Shown here: piece after piece, positions 37,525 through 50,822 of the stretch
How positions within the stretch are numbered: the stretch's first letter is position 1
How the letters are laid out: every line of letters begins with the position of its first letter
From: Neocallimastix sp. 'constans'
Lineage: Eukaryota
DNA length: 64,000 nucleotides
Assembly (NCBI GenBank): GCA_050613775.1
Contig: JBODTK010000010.1
Location: 1,364,001-1,428,000 of the forward strand
Reading direction: 5' to 3'
Position numbers and translations under genes: made by a program
Notes under the pieces: model-generated
What the model was told of the DNA's origin: nothing
Databases searched by the model: none
The model's input: the letters and a program-made list of their open reading frames with translations, nothing else

Positions 37525-40500
37525 ATGGAAGAAAACAATTTTGCCAACGCAACCTATAAGGATGGTTTTGCCGGAGATAGACGCTACCTTAAGGGATTCT
37601 TAGCTAAAATGAATTTAATCTTCATGATTCACCCTGATCGATTCAATAATGATGAAACAAAAGTAATCTACGTTATTTCTAGGTTATATGGTAATGCTAT
37701 GAATTGGGCAGCATCACTTATGGAGAATCAGGACCCTTGCTTGTTAAATTACGAAGCCTTCGTTGAAAGAATGAAATCTGTATATGGGAGTTATGACTCA
37801 ACATTCATTGCAAATCAGAAACTCAGAACTATAAGACAAAAACGGTTAGGCGACATTAGAAGCTATATACTCGAATTCAACTCTTATGCCGACGAGTCAT
37901 CTTGGAACGAAGAAGCGAAAATGGACGCATTTCTTGTTGGTTTAAATGATCAAATCGCTACAAGAATTCTGGAAATGTTCCCTGGTCCAAGATCTCTTAC
38001 TGCTATGCAAACTATAGCTTCCAGAATAGATGGCCGTCTATCAGCCCATAGGCAATTTACAAATAATCAAAATCGATCAAACAATAACCTTAATAACAAC
38101 AATTCTAATAAGAAAAGATGGAATTTTTATAAGAAAGGTTCGAATTCTAAACATTATGGACCCCTATCCGACGAAGAGAAAGAAAGAAGAAAAAGAGAAA
38201 ACCTCTGTTTATATTGTGGATCCTCAAATCATACTCTAGGCAATTGTCCACTCAAAAATAAGAAAAAATCACCCTCAAGCACTTCTCATATTACTAATCC
38301 TGAACCAAGGGCCAAAGAAAGACCAAGAATCTCAGATCAACAAAATTTGAGTCTTCCTATATTTGAGTTCACTCTCAATGTTTTAAAATCATCAGTCAAA
38401 ACTAAGATTCTTCTAGATTCAGGTTCTCAACTTAATCTTATGGATGTCTACTTTGCCAATGAAAATAACATTCCTTATTCATCCGAAACCATTCATCCTG
38501 AAGTAGGAAGAATTGGTGGTACTCAGAAAATTCTCGGGGAAACTTTGCCAATTTCGATCAGCTATAAAAATCACAATTGTAAAACTAAGTTTTATGTCGT
38601 CGATTTACCTTCTTATTGTGCTCTTCTTGGCGCTGAATGGCTCTCTACTCATAATCCAACAATAGATTTCTCTTCTAAAACACTTCATTTTAATTCAAAA
38701 TATTGCATTAATAATTGTCTCGTTATTCCAAATACTTATACAACCTTCATTCCTTCATGCAATTTAATAAACGAAATTCCAAAAAATTCCGATAATTCGG
38801 ACAGCCAAAAAATTGAAGAAATTAACAATTCAGAAGAAAAAATATCTAATGAAATAATTAATAATACTAAGAACCAACACAAGGAACCCAACGAAGATAA
38901 TAAAAATGTTATCTATCTTTTACCAACTAAATTATCCTCATTTATGGATGTTTTTAGTGAAGTCGCTGCGAACATGCTACCCCCTCATCGACAATATGAT
39001 TGTGAAATTAATTTGAAACCAAATACTAATTTATATTACGGCCCAATATATCCATTAACAGAAAAGGAATTAGTTGCCTTCAAGAAATATATTGACGAAA
39101 TGCTTGCTAAAGGTTTTATAAGAAAATCAAATTCTCCTGCCGGCGCTCCAATTTTCTTCGTACTGAAAAAGAACGGTGAACTCAGACTTGTTGTGGATTA
39201 CCGTCGGCTCAATGAATGTACTTATCGTAACTCCTTTCCCATTCCACTTATCAATTTTATGTTAGAAAGACTTCGTAAGGGTAAAATATTCTCTAAAATT
39301 GATTTACGCCAAGCCTTCAATCTTATAAGAATCAAGAAGGGAGATGAGTATAAAACTGCATTTACTTGTGTATTTGGACATTTTGAATACCTAGTAATGC
39401 CCTTTGGACTCAAGAATGCTCCTGCAGTCTTCCAACACTTTATTAATGATGTATTTGAAGACATCATAGGAAAATTTGTTTTCTGCTATATTGATGATAT
39501 CATCATCTTTTCTCCAGACTTAGAAACACATTACGAACACCTTACTGAAGTACTTACTAGACTAAGAAAAGCAGGATTATACGCTAAACTCGAAAAGTGC
39601 GAATTTTGTGTACCTTTTCTAGACTTTCTCGGACACAGAATCTCTGCAAATGGTATCTACATGGATCCTAAGAAGGTTTCTTCTATCCTAGAATGGCCAG
39701 CCCCAACTAATACTAAGGAACTCCAATCATTTTTAGGTCTTGCTAACTATTACAGACGCTTCATCACAGGATTCGCTAAGTTATCCCATCCACTTAACAT
39801 TTTACTCAGAAAAAATACAAAATTCATTTGGACAACCGAATCTCAAAAGGCTTTCGATGAAATTAAGTCAAAATTTTCTTCAGCCCCTGTACTTGCTTAT
39901 CCAAACCGTGAAATCCCTTTTATGGTTGAAACCGATAGTAGTAATTTTGCTATTGGTGCTATTCTTTCACAAACTTCGACTAAAGACAACAAAATTCACC
40001 CTGTCGCATTTTTCTCTAGAGCTCTCAACCATGCCGAAAGAAATTATCCCATATACGATAAGGAACTTCTTGCCATTGTTTCGGCCTTAGAACACTGGAG
40101 ACACTTATTAAAAGGCACAGATATTCCCTTCACCATTTTCTCCGATCATCGAAACTTACTTTACCAAAAGAAACCTGAAAAAATGTCACAAAGACTTGTC
40201 CGTTGGTCAATATTCCTATCCGAATTCAATTTTAAAATTGTCTATCGTTCTGGATCATCTAATGGTAAACCTGACGCACTTTCCAGAAGACCTGATTATA
40301 TTCCTTCCTCTGACGACTCCTCTTCCGAAACTCCATTTTTCGTACTTCGCCCTGAAAATTTCGTTGTTACTGTCTTAACTAATTCTGATCTCTCTAATAA
40401 AATCCTTAATGAATGTAAAGATGATATTTTTTATCATAATATCTGCGAATATTTAGAAAACAAAAAACTTCCAATTCCTCATCCCAACATTGATAAATTT

Positions 40501-41808
40501 TCTCTAAGTAATAGTTTCTTACTCTTCGATAGCAAATTATACGTTCCTCCTAAGTGTCGTTCTTTCGTTTTGAATATTTGTCATGACTCTCCTTCCTCTG
40601 GACACTTTGGAATTAAGAAAACCCTCAATCTTCTGAACCGTGACTTCTGGTGGCCTTCTTCCAATCCTGATACTAAGGATTATGTCCGCTCTTGCGAAAT
40701 ATGTTGTCGCTCAAAAGTTTCCAAACACAAACCTTACGGCTTGTTAAACCCGCTTGACATTCCTAATCGCCCTTGGACTTCCATCTCAATGGACTTCATA
40801 ACAGACTTACCCAAATCAAACGGCTATACATGTATTTTGGTGGTTATCGATCGTCTTTCCAAGATGTGTCATTTAATTCCGTTCCCAAACGTTCCTTCTG
40901 CTTCAGACACAGCTTCCGCCTTCCTTAACCAAATTTTTCGCTACCATGGACTTCCTACTGAAATCCTATCGGATAGAGGAACACAATTTACATCTAAATT
41001 TTGGACAGCTGTTTGTAAAGGACTAAATATTTCTCTTAAATTTTCTTCTCCATTTCATCACCAAACAAATGGTTTAACGGAGAGGGTGAACTCCGTTATC
41101 GAACAATACTTAAGATGCTATACAAATTTCAAAGGATCTAATTGGAATGACTTCCTTTACTTAGCAGAATTTAGCTATAATAACACCATTCAAGAATCCA
41201 CTAATCATTCACCTTTCTTCGCTAATTATGGATTCAATCCCAGACATTCTCCCGAAGTCCCCACAAATGTTGAAGTACCTAGAGCAGAAGAACTTGTTAA
41301 AAACCTTGCAGAATTAACCAAGGAATTAAAAGAAAATATTAAAATAGCAATTGAAAAACAAGAGAAATATGCCAATAAGCATCGTATGGAACCACCTGAA
41401 TTCAAGAAAAATGACAAAGTTTGGATCAATAGTTCTCTAATTATAAAGAATGGTAACAAAAAGCTTAAACCAAGAAAATTAGGACCTTTTAAAATCCTAA
41501 GCAAAATATCTCCTGTTTCGTATAAACTTGACTTGCCAAAAAATCTTAGGATTCATCCAATCATGCATGTCTCTGACCTTGAACCGTACTTTGAAGATAA
41601 GTTTGGAAGAAACCAAGAACCACCACCAATTATCATTAACAACGAAGAAGAGTACGAAGTTGAACAAATATTAGACAAACGAACTCATTATGGGAAAATC
41701 CAATACTTGATAAAATGGAAAGGATATCCGCTTTCAGAAGCTTCTTGGGAACCTGAGGAAAATCTTAATTCCCCCAAACTCTTGAAAAAATTCAATAAAA
41801 ATAATTAA
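37525..41808 (+). CDS. Intact Gag-Pol: Gag-CCHC, PR, RT, RNase H, IN, chromodomain
   Basis: CLYCGSSNHTLGNC, LLDSGS, YIDD, TDSS, SDHRNL, HHCC/DDE, GPF, chromodomain. The ATG at 37525 aligns with the C1 start. Confidence 0.96.
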   Translation: MEENNFANATYKDGFAGDRRYLKGFLAKMNLIFMIHPDRFNNDETKVIYVISRLYGNAMNWAASLMENQDPCLLNYEAFVERMKSVYGSYDSTFIANQKLRTIRQKRLGDIRSYILEFNSYADESSWNEEAKMDAFLVGLNDQIATRILEMFPGPRSLTAMQTIASRIDGRLSAHRQFTNNQNRSNNNLNNNNSNKKRWNFYKKGSNSKHYGPLSDEEKERRKRENLCLYCGSSNHTLGNCPLKNKKKSPSSTSHITNPEPRAKERPRISDQQNLSLPIFEFTLNVLKSSVKTKILLDSGSQLNLMDVYFANENNIPYSSETIHPEVGRIGGTQKILGETLPISISYKNHNCKTKFYVVDLPSYCALLGAEWLSTHNPTIDFSSKTLHFNSKYCINNCLVIPNTYTTFIPSCNLINEIPKNSDNSDSQKIEEINNSEEKISNEIINNTKNQHKEPNEDNKNVIYLLPTKLSSFMDVFSEVAANMLPPHRQYDCEINLKPNTNLYYGPIYPLTEKELVAFKKYIDEMLAKGFIRKSNSPAGAPIFFVLKKNGELRLVVDYRRLNECTYRNSFPIPLINFMLERLRKGKIFSKIDLRQAFNLIRIKKGDEYKTAFTCVFGHFEYLVMPFGLKNAPAVFQHFINDVFEDIIGKFVFCYIDDIIIFSPDLETHYEHLTEVLTRLRKAGLYAKLEKCEFCVPFLDFLGHRISANGIYMDPKKVSSILEWPAPTNTKELQSFLGLANYYRRFITGFAKLSHPLNILLRKNTKFIWTTESQKAFDEIKSKFSSAPVLAYPNREIPFMVETDSSNFAIGAILSQTSTKDNKIHPVAFFSRALNHAERNYPIYDKELLAIVSALEHWRHLLKGTDIPFTIFSDHRNLLYQKKPEKMSQRLVRWSIFLSEFNFKIVYRSGSSNGKPDALSRRPDYIPSSDDSSSETPFFVLRPENFVVTVLTNSDLSNKILNECKDDIFYHNICEYLENKKLPIPHPNIDKFSLSNSFLLFDSKLYVPPKCRSFVLNICHDSPSSGHFGIKKTLNLLNRDFWWPSSNPDTKDYVRSCEICCRSKVSKHKPYGLLNPLDIPNRPWTSISMDFITDLPKSNGYTCILVVIDRLSKMCHLIPFPNVPSASDTASAFLNQIFRYHGLPTEILSDRGTQFTSKFWTAVCKGLNISLKFSSPFHHQTNGLTERVNSVIEQYLRCYTNFKGSNWNDFLYLAEFSYNNTIQESTNHSPFFANYGFNPRHSPEVPTNVEVPRAEELVKNLAELTKELKENIKIAIEKQEKYANKHRMEPPEFKKNDKVWINSSLIIKNGNKKLKPRKLGPFKILSKISPVSYKLDLPKNLRIHPIMHVSDLEPYFEDKFGRNQEPPPIIINNEEEYEVEQILDKRTHYGKIQYLIKWKGYPLSEASWEPEENLNSPKLLKKFNKNN

Positions 41809-42724
41809 AATAACTTAAACTAGAAAATGAATCTCTAATAAACTTTAAATTTTATAGTATATTATATAATTATATGATTAAATTATATTATTAAATTATT
41901 AATATTAAACTTATTATTATTGTTAAAATCTAATTTTTCCTTTATATTATTTTATAACTTATATTAAAAAAAAAAAAAAAAAAAAATCTATAATAACTGT
42001 AAACTTTATTAATATCATGTAACAAAAATAATTATTAAATATGTTATTTCATGTAATTAATTATTAATATCATGTATTATTATTTTTATTATTTCATACT
42101 ATTAAGCAAAAAAGAAATTCACACTTAAATATTTTATTTATTCATTGTAGTCTAGTTTAACTTTAAGATTCGTCTGGTATCCGAATCCTGGAGGAGGACC
42201 ATGTAACGAATCCTAAAGTTAGTAAAATTGTTGTTGTAGTCTGGTGGTAATACACCATGACAATGAAGCCGAACTTCTTAGGTTCGACTCACACCCTTTC
42301 CCAATCTAAATTATTTTTAGTTAATTAATTAAATCATTGTAGAAAGTTCTAGAGTTTCTTTGGTTAATATTATATAACTAAATGAAACTAGAAAGTTCTA
42401 TTTTAATAATTATTTTATCATTTTTCTATAAGATTCATTTTCTAGAAAGAAAACTTAATTTTTCGAACTTTCGTTAATCTTAACTTTTTCCGAAACTGTT
42501 TTTCCGAAAAAGTATAAATAAGCGTGAATTTCTCAACAAAAAATAATTTTTCTTCGTGCTTTTATTAACTAGTTAAAAGTAATTCGAAATATTACAATAA
42601 CTAATTAATAATAAAAAATAATAATAAATTTTATATTTTAATAAAAATATTAATAAAACAAATTTTTTAAGAAAACGAATTACTTATTAGTGTAGACCTA
42701 TTGGGTGTAAACCGTTACAAATAT

Positions 42725-44807
42725 GAATATTTGGAATACCAGATTCCACATAAATAAAGAAGGTATTATTATCATTATTATTTATATCCAACTCATCATT
42801 TAATTTAATTTCATTAATGTCAGAACATTCATCACTTAAACTATCATCATTATTATTTTCATCTAATTCTTGATCACCTTCATTTGTTTCATCAGTAGGT
42901 TTAAGATTAACATCATAAAATAATGAGGCTAGTTTAACAAAATTATTATCATCATCAATATGATACAGAGTATCATTTACTAAGTTTATATCAAAACGAT
43001 TTCTTTTTAAAGTATCAACACCAATTAATATATCAAATATATCATCTTTCTCTATTTTTCTAAAATAATCTACAAATGTGTAATTTCCAATAGTTATTGA
43101 TAATTCATAAATATCAGAGTCAATAGAATTATTTGAATAAACTTGAAAAATCTTCTCTGATATTCTTCCAATAGGATTTTTATTAATATTATATTTTTTC
43201 AGAGCTGAGGATGTAATTAATTTACACTAGCACAAGAGTCAAGGAATATTTCTACTGGTTTTTTATCAACTGTTCCTTTGACTTTAATCACCTTGTGCTG
43301 ACTTATAATATTCATAACATTAATTAGTGAAGTATTTGCTTTTGTTGTATTATTCCCTTTTCCTTCTGTTAAACGTAAAGCTTTAGTAAATTCTGATCTA
43401 AACTTTGGGAATAAGTCTAATAAGTAAACTAGTTTTGTTATTACTTCAGTTGAAGCTACCTCCTTAATTAAATCATTTATTTTATATTCTTTAAAAGTTT
43501 CCATCATTTTAATGTGTTTTTCCGGTTTATTAAATTCTTGAGTGATGGCTATTTTATTATTATTATTTTCTTCACTTAATATTTCTTTTATTTTTTCCTT
43601 TTTATTAATTTTTTTATCATTCCTTATATTTGGTTGATTAATTACCGAAAGGTCAAGGTAATTTAATTTATTTGTATCTATATTATTATTATCCTTATCT
43701 TGTAATATATTATTTTTCGGAGAATTATTATTATGTATTTCTTTTTTCTTAGTTATTAAATTTTCATTATTTTTAGAGTTAGTAATATTACTGTGTTTTT
43801 TATTATTTATTTCTGTATCTGTTAGAGAAATATTATCATGAATTTCAATTATATCATTAAAAGAAACATTTTTATTATTAGTTTTTGGAATATTTTTTTC
43901 ATTAATTATATCAAATTTTCTAATAGTGTTATTTATTTCTTCATTATTTGGGAAATCATTAGTTGTCACATTAATTTCTTCCGTTTCCATATTTGAGTTT
44001 GTAGATTTATTAATTTTATTATTTAATTTACTTTGAATCTTTTTTTTTATTGCAGGTGTGATAATTGGGACAGGATTATCTGTTAACTTTTTCTTAACTT
44101 CTTTTAGAAAAGGAGTTGATTTTGAATTATTTTTATTTCCTTTTTTCTGAACCACTGCCGCAATTTCCTCCACTTCATCATTATCATTGAAATCATTATT
44201 ATATTCATTTATTTCATCATTTTCAATATTATTTTCTTCTTTGTTTAAATAATAAATATTACTATTTTTTTCCATGTAATTTTGATTATTAGAATAATCA
44301 GGATAATTATTATATTTATTAACTTCATCTTCATAATAATCATTATGCATTAAATGTTCATTATTATCATAATTACTCTCATTTAATTTTATATTATTAG
44401 AAAAGTTATTATTTTCAACATTATTATTATATTTATTGTTGTTTATAATTTCGCCCTCCATTTTAAAATTGTTTTTATTATTAATATTGTTAATATTATT
44501 TATATTATCATTATCACTTGTATAATTATTAATATTTTTAAAATTATTATATATAACATTGTTAGGAGAATTATCATAATTCATGTTGCTATTAATTTTT
44601 TTTTATTTTGTCACTATCATTATTATAATTATATTTTCCATTATCATTATAAAGAATTTTATTAGTTTCCATTATATGATTATTATTATTTAAATCTAAT
44701 GAATATGTTAAATTCACATATTCGTTATTATTGTTTTTATTATAGTTAATATTTTGTTGATTGGTTTGTTTAGTGGAAGTTATCCTTCTCCCAATATTTA
44801 GTTTAAA
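42725..44807 (-). pseudogene. pol: A2 pol 5' part (Asn-rich leader and protease) with 1-nt frameshifts
   Basis: FLDSCASVN then DILIGVD in another frame; homologous to A1. Confidence 0.88.
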
Positions 44808-45987
44808 TGATTATTATTAAGAAGTCCTTTTTCCTCCATTTCTGCTAATTGCTTAAATGTATAAGGGCATTTATTACTCTTGTGTCCTTCTTGGTAACAA
44901 CGATGGCAATATAATGTAGAATTTGGGCTGTTTAAATCTAACCCTTACTGAATTCTATTTTGAATATCGGAGTTATTAATAAATTGTTCTTTTCTATTTT
45001 TTATATACGGATTTTTGATTTGATTATTTTGATCATGATAATTATTATATCCTTGAATATTATTATAATTATTTTGTGGAACTCCAGCATTATAATTATT
45101 AGTTCCATTGTTTATATAATTAAAATTATTATTTCTTCTATTACTGCTATTATTAAAATTATTTATATTTCCATTTGTACGGTATTTACCATAAGGATTA
45201 TTGAGTGTAGCTCTATTTGGATTATATAAATTAAAATTATTACTATTATTAAAAGAATATTCATTATTATTAGTATTCCAGTTATTGTTAATCATATTAT
45301 TATTTTGTTGATAATTATTTCTTGGATCTGCATTAAAATAATTAAATGTAGGATTTCTATTTCTTCTTGGGAAACTAGTATTTTGAGTCAACATAGATAA
45401 ATTTCTAATATTTCTTTTATTGTTAGTTGTTCTAATTTGATATTCTTCATTACTATTATTATTATCTGGTTTGTTCCATTCCTTCTCTGCTTCTTCAGCC
45501 GTTTCAGCAATTTCATAAGCTTCATTCAAGGAATCACATTTAGACATAAATACTTGAGAATAAGCAAAATTCCTTGACTTTATAGCGTTCCTATAAGTTT
45601 TTACTGAAACAATTTTTTGGTAGTCTCTTGACAGATCGTGATATAATCTTCTATATCTATCATTAAAAGTTTTTATTGTTTCATTTTCTTTAATTTTTAA
45701 TCCTTGAAGGTAGGTCAACTTATCTCCTTCGGTAATTCCAAGATGTTCTTCTACTGCCTTTTGAATTTCCTTAAGAGAAGGGTACACACCTGTTCTTTTA
45801 TTTATTAGTCTTCTTAAAACGGCTTTAGTATTTGAATCCACAGCTTCAAAAGCCCAAGTAAAAATTCTTTCCGGGTCTTTTATATTGCAAACTCTCATTA
45901 AGTTGCTAAGGTCTTCAATCCAATCCACTACATTATTTTCATAGTCTTCTAACATAGGGAGGACTTTATAAATTTTCAAAGAATCCA

Positions 45988-45988
<1 letters not shown>
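44798..45988 (-). pseudogene. gag: A2 gag with in-frame TAA at 44945-44947 before the knuckle
   Basis: Reading through the stop gives CHRCYQEGHKSNKC..QLAEMEEKG..HLN*. Confidence 0.88.
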
Positions 45989-46047
<59 letters not shown>

Positions 46048-46442
46048 ATTTATTATTTTTTTTTTTTATAATGTATATTATATATTATTATTTATTTTTA
46101 TTATAAATATATAATTCTCTGATTTTCTTGGCTATTTGTTTTAAATTTTCAAGACTGTGAATTATATCTACTCTCTTGACTTACTCAATTTTCGATTCTA
46201 TTCACCCTTTATTCTCTTTAAAACAAATCCAGTACTCTCTCAGTATTAATATATTTTTATAAATGAATTTATATTTTTTAAAATATTTATAAAATAACCA
46301 CAATTTATTATAAATTTTTTTTTTTTTTTTTTTTTTTATAAAATTTTTTTTTTTTTATATTTTTTTTTTATAAATTTTTTTTTATAATTATTATTTATTT
46401 AATTTTTATACTATATTTTCACGATATTTTCCTGCTTGCTTC

Positions 46443-46459
46443 GCCCGGATTCTCCACCA
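46443..46459 (-). promoter_or_regulatory. PBS, tRNA-Ala-like
   Basis: TGGTGGAGAATCCGGGC next to the 5' LTR; complementary to a ..TTCTCCACCA 3' end. Confidence 0.75.
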
Positions 46460-47388
46460 AAAATGGTTGATACAATTAATTTAAAAAGTATCATAAAATA
46501 TGGGAAAAGCAAGAGGGAATTAATCAAGAAATATCGTATTTATGAAATAGTATAATAATTATTATATATTTATATAATACACTCAAATTATTATTTTAGA
46601 ATATAATGTTCATTTTATTATGTTTATTTATTAAAATTATTCACTTTATTATATTTATTTATTAAAATAATTATTCACTATTATTCATTCTCAATTAATA
46701 CATTTCAATAAAAATAAAAACACAACATTTTTTTTTTTAATTAAAACTTCCTAATTTTTATCTTATTATTCTCTATATTATTATTATTCAAAATTTGTAC
46801 TTTTACATAATTAATTATATTATATATATTTTTATAATAAACTTATATTAATAATAAAATAATAAAATAATTTTATAATATTATATCTTATTAAATATTA
46901 ATTTTAACTTATTTAGAAAATATTAATAATAAAATTATTTACAATAATATTTAAAATAATAATTATATCACTTTACATTCTTATTAAATATCTCGTATCA
47001 GATTGTTGCAGGATTTCGAATAATTTAAATTTTTATTTTCAAAAATAATATATTCTTAATAATTAGATTTTCTTTTTTTTATCTTTTATTAACTTTTAAA
47101 TTTTTTATTAAGTATTTTCTTTTTCTTTTATATTTTTTTTTTTACTACATGAATTTTATAATTATTTTAATTCTTATTAGAATTAATTATTACATGTGAT
47201 TTTAATAATATTTTTTAAAAGTTATTTTAATAATAAAAATATTAATATTAATATAATTAATATTATTTTTAATGACAAAATATTAATAATGATAAAATTA
47301 ATAAATTTAACAATAAAATTATTGATAATATTTTCGATAATATAATTCTTAAAACATTTTAATATAAATAATAATTAAATATAATAAT

Positions 47389-47533
47389 AAATCAATTTAA
47401 TTAATATAAAATAATAATTATTTAATAATTAGTCATTAATCAATTTAATAAAATAATAATTATTTAATAATTAGTCATTAATCAATTTAATAAAATAATA
47501 ATTATTTAATAATTAGTTATTAATCAATTTAAT
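47389..47533. repeat. ~42-bp AT-rich tandem repeat x3
   Basis: AATCAATTTAAT..AATTAGTCATT units. Confidence 0.75.
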
Positions 47534-48466
47534 TTGATAATTTATATAATTATTTTAAATTAAAAATAAAATTATGAAATTATAAAAATAGTTTAAATTA
47601 ATTAACATATAAAGTTATTAAATTTAATTATAATTTCGAATTGTTGTTAAAAAGTAAACAGGTTGAATTTAACGAGGAATCAGGTTGATATATCTATATA
47701 ATATAACTATATAGATATAAGTAAATTACTAAAATAAAAGAGTTATAAAGTTAAATTTGTTAATTTAACACTTAATTAAAACTAATAATTGGTTTGATAT
47801 GATAAAAATTTTTATTTATTAATAAAAATATATAGTTATATTATAATAGGTTAACTATAACCTTACAAAGAACAAAAAGATAAATTTGAATTTTCTTTTT
47901 ATACTTTGTAGGTTTGAGAATATTGATAATAATAATATAAAGTTGATAATAATAATATTTAGTATAAGAATATGTTTAATATAAATAAATTATATTTTTT
48001 AATCTAATATATTAGCTAATATATATAATATAATATTAAATTTAAATATTTAATATAGTAATTAATAATTAATAATTAATTAAATCAATATAACATAAAT
48101 TAATACATAAACATTAATTTATGAATCAAGGATGACATGACCAAATGATTCATGTTAATAAATATTTTATTTATTAATAATATTTAAGTTTAATATGATA
48201 TCATTAGAATCAGTAGGCCTAAGCTGGTCCTAAGATGATCAAATAACTTATAATATTATAAAATAAATAAAATTTAAAGAATAATTAATGAATTATAAAT
48301 TTTTATTAATTATTTTGTTTTTAATAATTTTAATTGAAATTAATTGAAATTGAAATTTAATTCAGTTGTAATTTCAACAACGCCCTTCCACAAAAATCGG
48401 ATTCCAGACGATTTTATGTAACGTTACATAAAGAAATTATTATATTTATAAAATTGTATATTTTAA

Positions 48467-48502
<36 letters not shown>

Positions 48503-48925
48503 AAGTAAAAAGGTCACATGAGTCCTTTAAAGAACACATTACAAGTGGCCATTTCATGGAAATTTCGAAATTGTCAAAATTTACTGAAATTAAAATTTTG
48601 TTATAAAATTAAATATCGAGAAATATAATGGTGTGAATTTTATTAAAAATTTCGTTGAAAAAATGTAAAATTGAAATTTTGAAATTGAAATTGAAATTTC
48701 ATCTTAATTTTATGCATTAAATTGAAAATTTTTAAATATAGTGAAAATTTATAATTTAATGAATATAATAATGTAAAAATAAATAAAGTATTATTAAATT
48801 TCGATTTTTTAAAAATTTTTGAAATTTTGAAATGTAAAATTTTAAATTAACTAATTTAATTTTGAAATATTATTATTTAATATACTATTTATAGCTTAAG
48901 TATAATAATTTTTTTTTTTTTTTTT

Positions 48926-50822
48926 TTAATTATAAGAAAGAGAAGTGAATTTTCTATTATTCTTTAAATATTCTTGATATATTCTTTGATTCCTTGGATT
49001 ATTTTCAACTTCATAAGAAGGCACCCAATTACTTGAACTTTTATATTTGTATCTAACTCTATATTCGTAGCAGTTTTTCTTGTAGTTTGTCCTAAATCCA
49101 GAAATTTCAATAATATCATTAATGGATTCATTGTGCGAACTTCTATTTAAAAACTTTTGCGGAGTTGGGACATAAGGTTCCAATTCAGAGATATGAAAGA
49201 TTGGATGATGTTTTGGAAAAGGTGACTTTTTAAGATCAATTTTATAATTATTATTCTCTAAAACATCGATTACCTTGTAAGGTCCATATTTGCAAGGAGC
49301 GAGTTTAGAACAATCTTCAATATTTAAGGAAGGAGGTGCTTGAATCCAAACCAAGTCACCTTCTTTTATTACAGGAGGTGGCATCCTTTTCTTATCCGCA
49401 TAATTTTTATATAATTCTTTAGATCTTAATATGACATCTTTAATATGATTAAAACTTGTACTTACATTTTTAATAAATTTACTATTAGTATCAACTTGGG
49501 GTAGTAAGAAATATTCGTCCATAGATGGATAAAATCCATAGTTAATAAAGAAAGGTGTTTCTTTTGTAGATTCATTGACTGAATTATTATAAGCGAACTC
49601 TGCAAGATAGATCCAATTAATCCAATCGTCGTGATAATAAGATCTTGAATAAGCTCTTAAATACTGTTCAATAAAGGAGTTGCATCTCTCAACTTGACCA
49701 ACAGTCTCATGATGATCTGTTGTAGCTAATTTGGATTTAATATTAAGTAATTTCATGAATTCCTTCCAAAGTGCACTTGTAAACTGAGGACCTCTATCTG
49801 TATACATATCATAAGGAAGGCCATGTAATTTATAAACATTATTCATAAATGCTTTGGCAGTTTGTTTTGCATCAGGAATTTGTTTGAAAGGTATTAAGTG
49901 AATCATTTTAGAGAAACGATCCACTACAACCATTATTACCGTATATCCCTTTGAATCCGGGAGGCCACATAAAAAGTCAACTTCTATAGATTTCCAAGGT
50001 CTATCAGGTGTTTCCAACGGTTGTAGAAAGCCATATTTCCTATGTCTATTAATTTTGTTTCTTGCACAACATTCACAGGAATTGACAAATTTTGTAACAT
50101 CATCTTGCATTTTTGGCCACCAAAAGTTTCTTGTAATTAATTCAAGAGTTCTTTTAATTCCAAGATGACCAGCGGAAGGCTTTTCATGATATTTAGTTAA
50201 GATTTCTAATCTTAAAATTTCAGGAATATAAATTAAATTATTATATAATATAATATTATCCTTTATTTTGAACTTATTCATTTTCCTAAAGGGTTTATAG
50301 GACATATCATTTTTAATATTCTGTGGGCTAAAATAGAGTCTAATATCATCAGCTGTGGCATCTGTTTTTGTAGCTTCTATAATTCTTTCTAAAAGATCGC
50401 TAACAACACCAATAAAACATGGAACTTCCTTTACATTTTTTATGTCAAGAATATTTTCGGTATTAGTTTCTTCATTATTTTTTATATAATCTGGTCTTCT
50501 TGAAAGAGAATCAGGTTTTCCATTATTGGAACCTTGTCTATAAATTAATTCAAAATTATATTCTTGGAAGAACATATGCCATCTATGTTGCCTTTGATTA
50601 CCAATTTTCCCACCAAGGGTATATAATAAGTTCCTATGATCAGTATAAACAGTTACTTTGTATTTCGCACCAAGTAATAAATGTCTCCATGCCCAAAAGG
50701 CTTCTCTAATAGCTAACAACTCCTTGTCTGTAATAGTATAATTAATTTCTGCACCTTGTAAGCTTCTTGAGAAATATGCAACTGGATGTAATTTATTATT
50801 ATCATCCTTTTGTGATAAAACA
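48926..50822 (-). pseudogene. pol: B2 RNase H-integrase fragment
   Basis: ELLAI..TDHRNL, HEKPSAGH..CECC, DDE, GPY. Cut at 50822 by an LTR. Confidence 0.92.

Larger units (their letters stand above)
35814..42719 (+). mobile_element. Chromovirus C2, full length; LTRs 35814-36334 and 42202-42719
   Basis: TGTAACG..CGTTACA, TSD AATAT at 35809-35813 and 42720-42724, PPT GGAGGAGGA. Confidence 0.97.
30557..47000 (-). mobile_element. Family-A element A2, host of a B solo LTR and C2; LTRs ~30557-31092 and ~46464-47000
   Basis: Near-identical ~536-bp repeats, PBS, PPT GAAGGGGCG. The left LTR boundary is ambiguous by 4 nt. Confidence 0.92.

Noticed and set aside
47005..47025. GGATTTCGAAT as a B box or tRNA remnant
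   Set aside because: Poor consensus match, no A box, no cloverleaf.
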